From positions 174 to 64,173 of the forward strand of contig CBHFOL010000007.1 in NCBI GenBank assembly GCA_965995405.1: a DNA stretch of 64,000 nt, given 5' to 3'. Source of the stretch: an uncultured Saccharothrix sp. Lineage in GTDB: Bacteria > Actinomycetota > Actinomycetes > Mycobacteriales > Pseudonocardiaceae. Below are positions 35,169 to 45,575 of the stretch, piece after piece. The number at the start of each line of letters is the position of its first letter. Position 1 is the stretch's first letter. Under the pieces are notes generated by a model that was not told the DNA's origin, made no database searches, and saw only the letters and a list, made by a program, of their open reading frames with translations. The translations under genes and the position numbers were made by a program.

Positions 35169-36473
35169 TCAGGGGCGCGCACTCGGGGCGGACAGGGTCA
35201 GTTCCGTGGTGGCCGGTGCGGCGCAGCAGCCGCCCGAGGCTTCGGGTGCGGTGTCGAAGTCGCCGGAGCCGCCGCATACGCCGGTCTCGGGGAGGACCAG
35301 TTCGACCCGTGCGGCGGAGTCGTGGTCGCCGGCGATCTCGGCGACGACGCTGCGGACCTGTTCGTAGCCGGTGAGGGTGAGGAAGGTGGGGGCGCGTCCG
35401 TAGCTCTTCATCCCGACCAGGTAGACGCCGGGCTCGGGGTGGCGCAGTTCATTCGCGCCGTGCGGGTACACCGTGCCGCAGGAGTGGACGTTCGGGTCGA
35501 TCAGTGGCGCGAGCCGCACCGGGGCCTGCAACACCGGGTCCAGGTCCAGGCGGACCTCGGACAGCCAGGAGAGATCGGGGCGGAACCCGGTCAGCGCGAC
35601 GACCTCGTCCACCGGGTCCAGGCGGTGCCCGTCCTGCGACTCCAGCACCAGACCGGCGTCGGTCACCTCCACCGACGCGGTGCGGAACCCCGTGACGACC
35701 TCCACGTGACCGGCCCGTGCCGCGGCCTTCGCCCGCAGTCCCAGCGCCCCGCGTGCCGGGAGTTGGTCGGCCTCGCCACCGCCGAACACGTTGCCGACCG
35801 CGCCCCTTCGCAGCAGCCACGTCACGTGCGTACCCGGATGCGTCCCGGCCAGACCGGCGAGCGCCACCAGCGCCGTCAGCGCGGAATGCCCACTGCCCGC
35901 GACCGCGATCCGCCTGCCCGCGTACCGACCCGACTCGGTCTCCACGTCCGGCACCCGGTAGGCGATCCGGTCCGCCGCCGCGAGTTCTCCCAGCGCGGGC
36001 AGTCCGTCCCCGCCCAGCGGGTTGGGCGACCCCCACGTGCCCGACGCGTCGATCACCGCCCGCGCCTCGATCCGTTCCCCGGCCAGGTGCACGGTCAACG
36101 GCTCGCTGTCCCGCCCGGCGTCCACCACGCGGTCACGACCACGCCGTGCCACGCCGACGACCCGCGCGTCGTACCGGATGTGGTCGGCCAGCACGCGCGA
36201 CAGTGGCTCCAGGTACCGGGACACCCACTCCGCGCCGGTCGGGTAGCCCTCCGGGGCCTGCCAGCCGGTCGGCTCCAGCAGCCTGCGCGCGGCCGGGTCG
36301 ACCAGCTCCGACCACCGCGAGAACAGGCGCACGTGACGCCACTGCGCGACCGCCGCGCCCGCCCGTGACCCGGCTTCCAGCACCAACGGCCGGATACCCC
36401 GTTCCAGCAGGTGCGCCGCCGCGGCCAACCCCGCCGGACCCGCACCGACCACGACCACCGGAAGCCCGCTCAC
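35169..36473 (-). CDS. Arsenic-island FAD/NAD(P)-dependent oxidoreductase (ArsO-like flavin monooxygenase)
   Basis: GAGPAG, GSGHSA, HSCGTV, GMKSYGRAPTFL, C-terminal VCGG..GCC. Confidence 0.8.
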   Translation of the reverse strand: MSGLPVVVVGAGPAGLAAAAHLLERGIRPLVLEAGSRAGAAVAQWRHVRLFSRWSELVDPAARRLLEPTGWQAPEGYPTGAEWVSRYLEPLSRVLADHIRYDARVVGVARRGRDRVVDAGRDSEPLTVHLAGERIEARAVIDASGTWGSPNPLGGDGLPALGELAAADRIAYRVPDVETESGRYAGRRIAVAGSGHSALTALVALAGLAGTHPGTHVTWLLRRGAVGNVFGGGEADQLPARGALGLRAKAAARAGHVEVVTGFRTASVEVTDAGLVLESQDGHRLDPVDEVVALTGFRPDLSWLSEVRLDLDPVLQAPVRLAPLIDPNVHSCGTVYPHGANELRHPEPGVYLVGMKSYGRAPTFLTLTGYEQVRSVVAEIAGDHDSAARVELVLPETGVCGGSGDFDTAPEASGGCCAAPATTELTLSAPSARP

Positions 36474-36486
36474 AAGCCACCCCTTT

Positions 36487-36566
36487 CATCGACAACGCTC
36501 TATCAAGTCAGGCGGAACTCTATCGACGACCTTCTATTGATGCAACCATCGACGAGGATCTATAGA
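36487..36566. promoter_or_regulatory. Three tandem putative ArsR operators in the divergent promoter
   Basis: CATCGACAACGCTCTATCAA, TATCGACGACCTTCTATTGA, CATCGACGAGGATCTATAGA. Confidence 0.65.
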
Positions 36567-36574
36567 GTGTCACC

Positions 36575-37423
36575 ATGACGACGCTGCCCACGGTCGGCCT
36601 CCCGGTCCATGACGCGACCACCTACGCCCAGTGGTTCGCCTGCCTCGCCGACCCCACCCGCGTCCGACTCCTGCACGCCGTCGCCACCAGCCCCGGCGAG
36701 ATCACCGTCGGCGCGCTGTCCGAGGCGATCGGCGTCACTCAGCCCACCTGCTCCCACCACCTGCGCAAACTCGCCGACACCGGCTTCGTGCGGCTGCGCA
36801 GGGAGGGCACGACGACGTTGGTGTCGGTCAATCCCGCCTGCTGCACCGGACTTCCGCACGCCGCCGACGCCGTCATGGGCACCATCACCACCCGGCCCTG
36901 CTGCCCCACCGACCTGCCCGCCGACGTCACCGTCCGCGCCATGACCGACGACGACTGGCCCGACGTCCGCCGCATCTACACCGAAGGCATCGCCACCGGC
37001 AACGCCACCTTCGACACCGACACCCCCAGCCGCCGCACCCTCGACGCCCGATGGCTGCCCGACCACCGCTGGACCGCGGAGATCGACGGCCAGGTCGTCG
37101 GCTGGACCGCCGCCTCCCCCACCTCGCCCCGCGACTGCTACTCGGGCGTCGCCGAGACCTCGACCTACGTCGCCGATGGCTTCCGCCACCGGGGCGTCGG
37201 CAAGTCGTTGCTGCACAAACAGGTAACCGCCGCCGACGCCGCCGGGCTCTGGACGTTGCAGACCGCGATCTTCCCCGAGAACCGCATCAGCATCGCCCTG
37301 CACCACTCCGCCGGCTACCGCACCATCGGCCTGCGCGAACGCATCGCCCGACACCACGGCACCTGGCGCAACACCGTCCTGCTCGAACGCCGCACCCAGA
37401 CCGGCCCGAGCTGCGACTGCTGA
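36575..37423 (+). CDS. ArsR-GNAT fusion (phosphinothricin/arsinothricin acetyltransferase ArsN/Pat-like)
   Basis: ArsR ACLADPTRV..QPTCSHHL with ACC and PCC; GNAT IYTEGIATGNATF, RHRGVGK, QTAIFPEN. Confidence 0.85.
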   Translation: MTTLPTVGLPVHDATTYAQWFACLADPTRVRLLHAVATSPGEITVGALSEAIGVTQPTCSHHLRKLADTGFVRLRREGTTTLVSVNPACCTGLPHAADAVMGTITTRPCCPTDLPADVTVRAMTDDDWPDVRRIYTEGIATGNATFDTDTPSRRTLDARWLPDHRWTAEIDGQVVGWTAASPTSPRDCYSGVAETSTYVADGFRHRGVGKSLLHKQVTAADAAGLWTLQTAIFPENRISIALHHSAGYRTIGLRERIARHHGTWRNTVLLERRTQTGPSCDC

Positions 37424-37449
37424 CACCCCTGTCTGCCGACAACCGCAGC

Positions 37450-37477
37450 GGGGCGGCCCGGCGCACCGGGCCGCCCC
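37450..37477. terminator. Hairpin terminator between convergent genes
   Basis: GGGGCGGCCCGG-CGCA-CCGGGCCGCCCC perfect 12-bp stem. Confidence 0.7.
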
Positions 37478-37494
37478 ATGTCACACGGTCGCCG

Positions 37495-37971
37495 TCAGCC
37501 GCCGTTGACCAACTCCCGCTTGCGACGCAGGAGTGCGGCGCGGCGGGTGTGGGCCGACACCACCAGTCCCAGTGCGAGCACGACGGCGCAGGCCCCGATC
37601 ACCAGGACCTGCATCGTGTTCGCGTCGCGCTGGACGGCCACCGTCGCCACGAGCGCGGTCGTGGCGACCGAGGCGGTCAGTGCCAGCCAGGCCGCCACCA
37701 CCTGTTCGCCGGCGAACAGCGGCACCCGCCGGGTGAGCAGCCAGCCGCCGTAGCACGCCCAGGCCAGGCACAGCACGGTGAACAGGCCGAACGCCAGGTT
37801 GGTGTGGCCCGGCAGCGGTCCCGGTTCGGTCAGCCACAGCGTGCCGACGAACGCCAGGCCGGCCAGCCCGGCGAGCAACGCCACCACCGCGCGGAACCTC
37901 TTCTTCGGCGACAACACCGACTCCAGCTGTTCGATCATCTGCTGCGCCGACAGGCGCGGCTCGTCCGTCAT
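37495..37971 (-). CDS. Four-helix membrane protein, probable anti-sigma partner
   Basis: Four hydrophobic segments; TGATG-coupled to the upstream ECF sigma gene. Confidence 0.7.
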   Translation of the reverse strand: MTDEPRLSAQQMIEQLESVLSPKKRFRAVVALLAGLAGLAFVGTLWLTEPGPLPGHTNLAFGLFTVLCLAWACYGGWLLTRRVPLFAGEQVVAAWLALTASVATTALVATVAVQRDANTMQVLVIGACAVVLALGLVVSAHTRRAALLRRKRELVNGG

Positions 37972-38486
37972 CACCGATACCCCTTCTCCGCCAAGTGTTC
38001 CCGCAGGAGGCGACGGGCCCGGCCGAGCCGCGACTTGACCGTGCCCACCGGAATCCCGCAGACCTGCGCGCACTCCTGCACCGACAGGTCCTCCAGGTAG
38101 AACAGGACGAGAACCTCCCGCTCGACCACCGGGACCGCCGACAGCGCGGCGAGGACCTCCGTGCGTTCCACCGTCGCGTCGGCCAGGTCCTCGGCAACCG
38201 GTTCGTCCGCCGAAACCGCCGCCCGGGCGTACTCCGCACGCAGACAATCCGCCACCGACCGCCGGGCAATCGTGAACAACCACGGCTTGAACCGGTCGCT
38301 ATCCCTCAATCGGGGCAACCCCCGAACCACCGCCAACCACACCTCCTGCGCAACGTCGTCGGCGCGCTCGGCATCCAACATCCGCCGCACAAACGCCCAC
38401 ACCGGCACCCGCCACCGCCGCACCAACGCCGCAAACGCCGCCCGCTCACCGAGCTGGGCACGCACGACCAGCAGCTCATCGGTCAT
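37971..38486 (-). CDS. ECF RNA polymerase sigma-70 factor
   Basis: DDVAQEVW (region 2), FKPWLFTIARR, CGIPVGTVKSRLGRAR (region 4). Confidence 0.92.
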   Translation of the reverse strand: MTDELLVVRAQLGERAAFAALVRRWRVPVWAFVRRMLDAERADDVAQEVWLAVVRGLPRLRDSDRFKPWLFTIARRSVADCLRAEYARAAVSADEPVAEDLADATVERTEVLAALSAVPVVEREVLVLFYLEDLSVQECAQVCGIPVGTVKSRLGRARRLLREHLAEKGYR

Positions 38487-38619
38487 CTCTGCCCTCCCAT
38501 CACCCAGCACAGTCGGGCGAGCAGGCAATCCGGTTCACGCCCCCGAGAGCATCGTTCATCCACAAGCCAAGTTCATCCACAGGCCAACGGCCCACGAGCC
38601 CGGACCGACCGAGGCCCCG

Positions 38620-38671
38620 CCCTTCGCCCCACGTGCCCGGCCCCACCCTTCGCCTCACGTGCCCGGCCCCA
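38620..38671. repeat. 26-bp tandem repeat, two copies
   Basis: CCCTTCGCC(C/T)CACGTGCCCGGCCCCA twice. Confidence 0.8.
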
Positions 38672-39816
38672 CCCCTCCGCTGTCGCTGCGGAAGCCCCGG
38701 CCGGCACGCGCCCGACGCCCTCCAATGCCAATGCACTGGCCGTCGACACCGCCGAAACGCTCGCGCTGCCGTACCCAGTCGCGCCGGGACGGCTCGCGGC
38801 GCTTCGCCAACTCGCCGGGACACCGGGACACCTGCCACGCGCTTCGACTCCCCGATCAAGCGGGCCCGGCGTCCCGGCCAACGCGCCCGGCGTGCCGGCA
38901 GACGACGCCCGGCGGCCTGGCGACGGTGGCGGTGACCGGGTCGGCCGGGTGTGGCGGGACGACTTCGCCGCGATCCGCTTCCGGCTGCCCGGCGAGTCCA
39001 GTCGGTCGGCCAGGCTGTCGGGCCAGGCGACGAGGTGCTCGCCGTGCCGCTCGCCGACGCCAACCCGGCTGCGTGGGCGAGATGCTCGCCGCGCGGTCCC
39101 GCCGGCGGCCGGTCGGTCGTGTCGCGCGAGGTGTGCGCGGGGGCGGGGAGGTGGGCGCGGAGGCGAACACGTCTGATGTCGACTGGCGCTGGGTCGGTGG
39201 GTCGGTGGGTCGGGTCGTGCACCTCCTCCTGGTGTGCCTGGGCCATGTGTCCCGCCGTGGGGGCCGCTTCCTTCTATTTACGGCAACGCGCCTGGGTACC
39301 GAAAAATGCCCTCGCACTTATGACTGGATCGGGTGATCCTTCGGCGTTCTCCGAGCAGGGTCGACACCAACCAGGCGCCGGGGCTCCCGATCGGCTTTCC
39401 GTCGTCAGACGTAGACATTTAGCCGCCCCCGAGTCTACAAGGTCGCGCATAGACGTGAAAAAGTTCCAAATCGGCAGGGCGGCAATTTCCGCAATCTTAC
39501 GGGCACCGAGGTTCGCTCGAAGATGCCTGCTCAGCACCACCGGACAGCCGGTGAAGAGTCGGGGCGAACGTCAGCCTGACCGTCCGTACAAGTTCCCCGG
39601 TAGGGTGACACTCGACCGGGCACCACAGGCGGCCGTCCGACTCCGGGAAGTTGACCCCACGAATCCGTCGTGTCCGATACGAACGGGTCGTCAAGGCGCA
39701 TATCCCCAGCGACAGACGCCTACGGCCCGGTCGTCGGACACCGTCGCGAATTGCCGATCATGACCTCGCGAAAGTGGAATTTGCCGGGGAGACTTCAAAT
39801 AGGCCAGTCTTCCGCC

Positions 39817-41034
39817 ATGAACCACGCACCACCGGCACTGGGCGACTGGGAGGACCCCGAGGACCCCACGGCACTGCCCGAGCCGCTGCGCGGTCTGCGC
39901 GTCCACCGCCCACGCCCGCTGCCCGTCGACCTCGACCTGCCTACGCGGACCCACCGCAACCTCGCCGAGGCCGAACACGCCCTGGGCAGTCTCAACGAGG
40001 CCGCCGAACGCATCGCCAACCGGCCGATGCTCGTGCTGGGCAGCCAGATCCACGACGCCCGCAGCTCCGCCGCCATGGCGGGCGTGGACTCGGATCTGGT
40101 CGAGGCGCTGATGTTCCATCTTCTCCTCGGCCGCACTGACGGGGACTCGCTGCCCGAACTGATCAGCCGACACCCGGTCGGCCGGTTCATCGTCGCCGCC
40201 GAGTACGGCTCCCGGCAGGTCGCCGCCGGCGTGCGGATCGACGGACACCTGCTCGGCGCGATCAGCGCGCTGATGACCGGGCGGCCCGACCGCGACCTGG
40301 CGGCCGGTCTGCGGTCGTGCCAGGGCTGGCTGGGCGGACGGGACATGGCCGACGCCTACCTGCTGACCGTGCCACCCGGTGACGGCCTCCGCGTGGCCGT
40401 CGCGGACTGGTCCGAGCAGGTCCACGCGGCCGGCCCGCTCTCCCGGCTCGCCCGGATCGCCCTGGCCCACCTGCACCTGGAGCTGCTCCAGCCCTACCCG
40501 GAGGCCAACGGCCACCTCGCGCGGCTGTTCAGCTCCCTGGAGATGGTCCGCACCGGACTGCTCCGCGACCAGATCCTGCCGCTGTCCTACTGGCTCGACA
40601 CCCACCGCCGGCAGTACCACGAGCACATCCAGGCGGTCGTCCACAACGGACCGGTCCACGAGTGGATCGACTTCTTCGCCGAGGGTGTCCGCCGCCAGGC
40701 GCTGGCCCAGCTCGCGCTGATCGACGAGCTCGACGGGTTGCGGCGGCGGCACATCGCGCTGGTGCCCCGGCCGTTGAGCGCGCACCGGGTGGCGGCCGAC
40801 CTGGTGACGACACCGATGCTGACCCACCGCACCATCGTGGAGCGGTACGGGGTCACCACCACAACCGCGATTCAGGTGACCGGGCACCTGATGGGCCTCG
40901 GTCTGCTCTCCGCGCTGGACGACCGGGTCTACGACAAGGTCTTCGTCAGCCGGCCGGTGCTGCGGGCGCTGACCACCGAACGGCCGGTGGAGCAGTCGAA
41001 CCGGGACGGCGAGGTGTTCACGGATCGGACGTGA
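39817..41034 (+). CDS. Fic-family protein (Fic_N + Fic + wHTH) with degenerate catalytic motif, copy 1
   Basis: PRPLP..LAEAEHALGSL Fic_N; QPYPEANGHLAR in place of HPFxDGNGRxxR; C-terminal HTH. Confidence 0.8.
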   Translation: MNHAPPALGDWEDPEDPTALPEPLRGLRVHRPRPLPVDLDLPTRTHRNLAEAEHALGSLNEAAERIANRPMLVLGSQIHDARSSAAMAGVDSDLVEALMFHLLLGRTDGDSLPELISRHPVGRFIVAAEYGSRQVAAGVRIDGHLLGAISALMTGRPDRDLAAGLRSCQGWLGGRDMADAYLLTVPPGDGLRVAVADWSEQVHAAGPLSRLARIALAHLHLELLQPYPEANGHLARLFSSLEMVRTGLLRDQILPLSYWLDTHRRQYHEHIQAVVHNGPVHEWIDFFAEGVRRQALAQLALIDELDGLRRRHIALVPRPLSAHRVAADLVTTPMLTHRTIVERYGVTTTTAIQVTGHLMGLGLLSALDDRVYDKVFVSRPVLRALTTERPVEQSNRDGEVFTDRT

Positions 41035-41045
41035 TCGGTGCCCCG

Positions 41046-42250
41046 TCAGGCGTCGGGTAACGACTCGTCGGGTGCGGTGGCGCGCAGCCGCCGGATCCGG
41101 GCCGCCGCCGGTTCGTCCACGTCGACCAGCAGGCTGAGCGCCTCGTCGAACCGGTCTCGCCCAGTTCCCACAGTGCCCGGCCCAGCTGTTCCAGGACCGA
41201 AGCGTGATCCAGGACCGAAGCGCCGTCCGAGGCCGAAGCGTGGTCGACGGGCTGCCGGTCGTGGGTGACGGCGGCTCGGCGCAACTGTTCCACGGCCGCG
41301 TCCGGCCGGCCCGACGCCAGCAGGGTGACCCCGGTGGCGGCCAGCGCGCGGGCCAGGCCGCGGCGGTCGCCCCGGTCCTGGCAGTCCGCGGACAGTTCCC
41401 GGTAGCAGTCCAACGCGAAGTGCGCGTGCCCCGCCCGCCGGTAGATGTGCGCCCGCCGCCACAACGCGTCGGCGATGCCCTCCGCATCGCCGATGCCGCG
41501 GCGGACCCTGGACTCGCGCACACCGTGCACCTCCGCCGTGGCGAAGTCCCCGGCGTCGGCGAACCAGCGTGCGCTCAACGCGAGCAGGCCGGCCAACGAC
41601 TCGGGCTCGCGGGCCTCGGTCGCGGCCTCCGTGCCGTACAGGGCCACGTCGTGCGCCCAGTCGGTGTCGTCGTGCGGCGGCAGGTGCCAGAGCCGGGCGG
41701 CCAGCGCGCTCGTCAGCCGATGCAGACCCGCCCGGAGGGTGGCGCGGAGCAGGCTCCGTGACAACCGGCGGGACCGGATCGACCAGGCCGCGACCTCGGC
41801 CCGGCCCGCGAACTCGACGGCGGGCAGCACCGGCTCGGAGACCTTGTGGGAGCACCCCGCCACGGCCGCCGCACAGGCCGTGTCGAGTTGGCCTCCGGCT
41901 CCTCCTGGTGCTTGGCCGGCGCAGATCCCCGCCTCGACGGCCGTGTCGAGGGTGGTGAGGAAGTCCTCGCCGAGTCGGCGGACCAGCGCTCGCACCGGCT
42001 CCTGCCGCGGGTCGACCTGCCCGTCCGGCACGGGTTCGAGCGTGTACCGGCCGCCGCCGGTGGAACGCAGCGTCGCCCCGGAGTCGTCCAGCGGCCGGCC
42101 GACGAGACCCGCGAGCACCTCGTCCGCCTGCCGGAGATCGAGGTCTACGGCCACCGCGATGACCCGCGTGGGCAGTTCATCCGCTTCCAGCGCTTGGAAA
42201 GTGTGGATCAGGGCAGCGTGGATCGAAGGTCTGTCCCACTCCCGACTCAC
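41046..42250 (-). pseudogene. NTPase-less STAND-type wHTH/TPR protein, copy 1, frameshifted near 41155
   Basis: N-terminal frame to LGRALWELGET; C-terminal RFDEALSLLVDVDEPAA lies in another frame and matches the paralog at 50734-51864. Confidence 0.65.
41191..41244. repeat. 18-bp imperfect tandem repeat, three copies, in coding frame
   Basis: CCAGGACCGAAGCGTGAT / CCAGGACCGAAGCGCCGT / CCGAGGCCGAAGCGTGGT. Confidence 0.75.
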
Positions 42251-42565
42251 CCGCAACAACCCCTCAGCCGCCCCCGGCCGGCACCGCGACCGCCTCCGCC
42301 CTTGCGTCCTCCTCTCCGCCGCCCCGCCTCCGATCATGCAGCCTCGGCACGGGGCACGCCATCACACCTCGCCGGCAATAGGGCACCGCCGATTCGAGAC
42401 GCGAATCAGTCATCTTTGTCGCCACCCATTTTCGCACGACGTGGACCAGGTATCGGCATATCGCGGCGGCCGAGTATCGCTGTTAGCGGCAGTTGTAACC
42501 CGATCTGGTGAATTGACCCGGGCCCTCGGCACTCGGTGACAACACCGGGCGGAAACCACCCGCGA

Positions 42566-45370
42566 TCACGAACGCGGGCACGGCGGTTGGAAGGGCAGGC
42601 CGGGGAAATAGGCTGCCCAGTCGTCCGAGGTCATCAGCTTGTCCGCCTGTGTGCACAGCCAGTCCGCCGCCTGCGCCGGGTCGATCGAGTCCGGCCAGCC
42701 GCGCGGGATGGACCACAGCATCGCGGTGTTGTCGTCGCTGCCGGTGGCGAGCGTGCCGCCGTCCGGGCCGAACCACACCGAGACCACCGGTCCCAGGTGG
42801 GCCTCCAGCACGGCCAGCTGACGGGCTCCGACCGGCCCCGACACGTCCCACAGCCGCGCGGTGCCGTCCTCGCCGGCCGTGGCGAGACGACCGTCCGGGC
42901 CGAACGCGACCGACCGGACGATCCGGTGGTGGCCCAGCAGCACGGCCAGCTGACCGCCGCTCACCGGGTCCCAGATCCGCGCGGTGCCGTCCTGGCCCGC
43001 GGACGCCAGCCTGGTGCCGCGCGCGTCGAACGCGACCCACGTCGCCCCGCTGCCGTGACCGGTGAGGAAACGCGGCGCGCCGGACCCGGCCAGGTCCCAC
43101 AGCCCCACGGAGTGGTCGAAGCTCGCGGTGGCCAGGGTGCGGCCGTGCGGGGCGAACGCGACCGACACCACCGCGTCGGTGTGCCCGGCCAACGTGGTCG
43201 GCGCACCGGGCGCGCGCGGGTTCGTGACGTCCCACAGCCGGGCGGTGTTGTCGCTGCCCGCGGTCGCCAGGGTGCGGCCGTCCGGGCTGAACGCCACCGC
43301 GTTGACCTCGTCGGTGTGCCCGCTGAGGGTGGCCAGTTCGACGGGGTGCCGCGGGTCGCCGATGTCCCACAGCTTGGCCTGGTGGTCCCAGCCCGCCGTC
43401 GCCACCACCGCTCCGTCCGGCCGGAACACCGCCGCGTTCACGGTGGCGGTGTGCCCGCGGAGCTCGGACAGCTGGACGGCTCGGTGCGGATCGCGCACGT
43501 CCCACAGGCGCGCGGTGCCGTCGTGGCTCGACGTGAGCAGCAGCCGGCCGTCGGGGCTGAGCGACACCGCGTTGACGTGGCCGGTGTGCCCGCGCAGGGT
43601 CGGCAGGTTGGGGAACGGGATCGCGCCGAGCAGGCTCGCGCGGGCCTCGTCGGTCGGCGAGAGGCGGAGGGCGGCGACGCTGAGCTGCGCGGCCAGCGAC
43701 GGGTCCGACCGGCGCAGCGCGGTGGCCTTGCCCGCGACGATCTGCGACAACGCGGTGTTGCGCTGCGAGGCGGCGACGCGTTCCGCCTCGAACGCGTACG
43801 CCGTGGCGGTGACGGCCAGCAGCAACAGCAGGCTGAGCAGCGCCACCAGCTGTTTCAGCCTTCTGCCGTGTCTCCTGGTCTGCGCGTGCTCGGCCTGGGC
43901 GGTGGCCCAGCTGGCGTCCAGGAAGTCGCGTTCCCGCACGGAGAGCGCGTCCGCCCGGTGGGCGGCCCACTCGTGGGCGCGTTCCAGCCGGACGCCCCGG
44001 TACAGCGCGCCCCGGTCGCGGTCCAGCGCCTCCCAGCCGTCGGTCGCCTCGGTCAGCTCGCGGTGCAGCCGCAGTCCCTCGCGGTCCTCGGCCAGCCAGC
44101 CGCGCAGCCTGGGCCACGAGGCGATCATCGCCTCGTGCGCGATCTCCACGCTGTCGTGGTCCAGGGTGATCAGGCGGGCGCGGGCGAACAGGTCGAGCAC
44201 CAGGCCGGTGTCCGGGTCGTCGGCCAGTTCGCCGCGCGCGACCCGCCGTTTGGTGTCCTCGGTGCCGTCGCCGAGCGCGGTCAGCCGCAGCATCAGGTTC
44301 CGCACCAGGTCGCGCTGCCGCTCGGTCAGCCGTTCGAGGACCGATTCGGCGGTCTGCGCGAGCGCGCCCTCGATGCCGCCGGCGACCTGGTAGCCGGTCA
44401 GCGACAGCGTCCGGCCCCGCCGCCTGCGCCACGTCTCCAGCAGCGCGTGCGACAGCAGCGGCAGCACGCCCACCTGGCCCTTGGCCTGCGCGACCAGCTC
44501 GGTGACCAGGGCGGTCTCCACCATCAGGCCGACCCGGGCGGCGGGTGAGGTGATCGCCCGGCGCAGCTCGTCGGGCGTCATCGGCCCGACCGTCACCTGG
44601 CCCTCGCGCACCGCGTCGACCAGCTCGGGGAACGCCGTGCAGTGCGCGTAGAAGTCGGCACGCACCCCCAGCACGACCCGGCACCGGCCCATCCGCGCCG
44701 TGGTGAGCAGCGTGTCGATGAACCGGCACCGCTCCTCGTGGTCACGGCACAGCGTGAAGATCTCCTCGAACTGGTCCACGACGATCGCCAGGTCCCGATC
44801 ATCGGGCGCTTCGTCGCCGGGGACCGCGGAGAGGTGCCGAGCGCACTCCGCCAACGGGTGCGCGCCGGGCGTGAACACCACCACGCGGCCGTCCAGCCGG
44901 GGTATCAGCCCGGCCCGCAGCAGGGACGACTTGCCCACGCCGGAAGCGCCGACCACCACGACCACGCGCTGCCGCTCCAGCCGGGACTCCAGCTCCCGCA
45001 CCAGCCGTTCCCGGCCGAAGAACCGGTCGGCGTCGCCGGGCTGGAACGCGTTGAGCCCGACGTACGGCGGGTCGGACCGGTCGTCGTCGTCCGGTGGGGG
45101 CGGCGCGAGTTCCGCCGCCACTTCGCGCCAGCGCCGCTCCCAGTCCTCCTCCGCGCCGCCGCACGCCCGCACGTAGGCCAGCGTGATCGGCAGGGTCGGC
45201 AGCTTGCGCCCCGCCGCCGCCTGCGACAGCGCCGCCTCCGAGTAGTGGGCCTGCGCGCTGAGCTCCCGGTAGGTCGGCTTGCCCGCCTTCTCCCGCAACA
45301 GCCGCAGATCCCGTGCGAACCGCAGTAACGGGCTGTCTCCGTCGTCAAGTGGACGCTCTCCACGCGGCAT
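42566..45370 (-). CDS. XRE-HTH + nSTAND1 NTPase + TM + WD40 repeat protein
   Basis: LRLLREKAGKPTYREL, PYVGLNAF, FFGRE, GASGVGKSSLLRAGL, VVDQFEEIF, HEAMIASWPRL, about 8 GH..WD repeats. Confidence 0.92.
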   Translation of the reverse strand: MPRGERPLDDGDSPLLRFARDLRLLREKAGKPTYRELSAQAHYSEAALSQAAAGRKLPTLPITLAYVRACGGAEEDWERRWREVAAELAPPPPDDDDRSDPPYVGLNAFQPGDADRFFGRERLVRELESRLERQRVVVVVGASGVGKSSLLRAGLIPRLDGRVVVFTPGAHPLAECARHLSAVPGDEAPDDRDLAIVVDQFEEIFTLCRDHEERCRFIDTLLTTARMGRCRVVLGVRADFYAHCTAFPELVDAVREGQVTVGPMTPDELRRAITSPAARVGLMVETALVTELVAQAKGQVGVLPLLSHALLETWRRRRGRTLSLTGYQVAGGIEGALAQTAESVLERLTERQRDLVRNLMLRLTALGDGTEDTKRRVARGELADDPDTGLVLDLFARARLITLDHDSVEIAHEAMIASWPRLRGWLAEDREGLRLHRELTEATDGWEALDRDRGALYRGVRLERAHEWAAHRADALSVRERDFLDASWATAQAEHAQTRRHGRRLKQLVALLSLLLLLAVTATAYAFEAERVAASQRNTALSQIVAGKATALRRSDPSLAAQLSVAALRLSPTDEARASLLGAIPFPNLPTLRGHTGHVNAVSLSPDGRLLLTSSHDGTARLWDVRDPHRAVQLSELRGHTATVNAAVFRPDGAVVATAGWDHQAKLWDIGDPRHPVELATLSGHTDEVNAVAFSPDGRTLATAGSDNTARLWDVTNPRAPGAPTTLAGHTDAVVSVAFAPHGRTLATASFDHSVGLWDLAGSGAPRFLTGHGSGATWVAFDARGTRLASAGQDGTARIWDPVSGGQLAVLLGHHRIVRSVAFGPDGRLATAGEDGTARLWDVSGPVGARQLAVLEAHLGPVVSVWFGPDGGTLATGSDDNTAMLWSIPRGWPDSIDPAQAADWLCTQADKLMTSDDWAAYFPGLPFQPPCPRS

Positions 45371-45575
45371 TCGCGCCACCTCCCCCGGGAAGATTCTTCA
45401 GCGTTTCTTTCTTCACGTCCACCGGCGGGCCGTGAACAACGCGCGGGCAGTACGGATGAGCTGCGACGCCAAGGGGAACCGGGACGAACGCGAAAACAAT
45501 TGTCGCCCTGTCGTGCAGTCACCGTATCGGGACCCGACCGGACCGGTCGGGGATTTCCAGTCGAGGAGGAATGAG

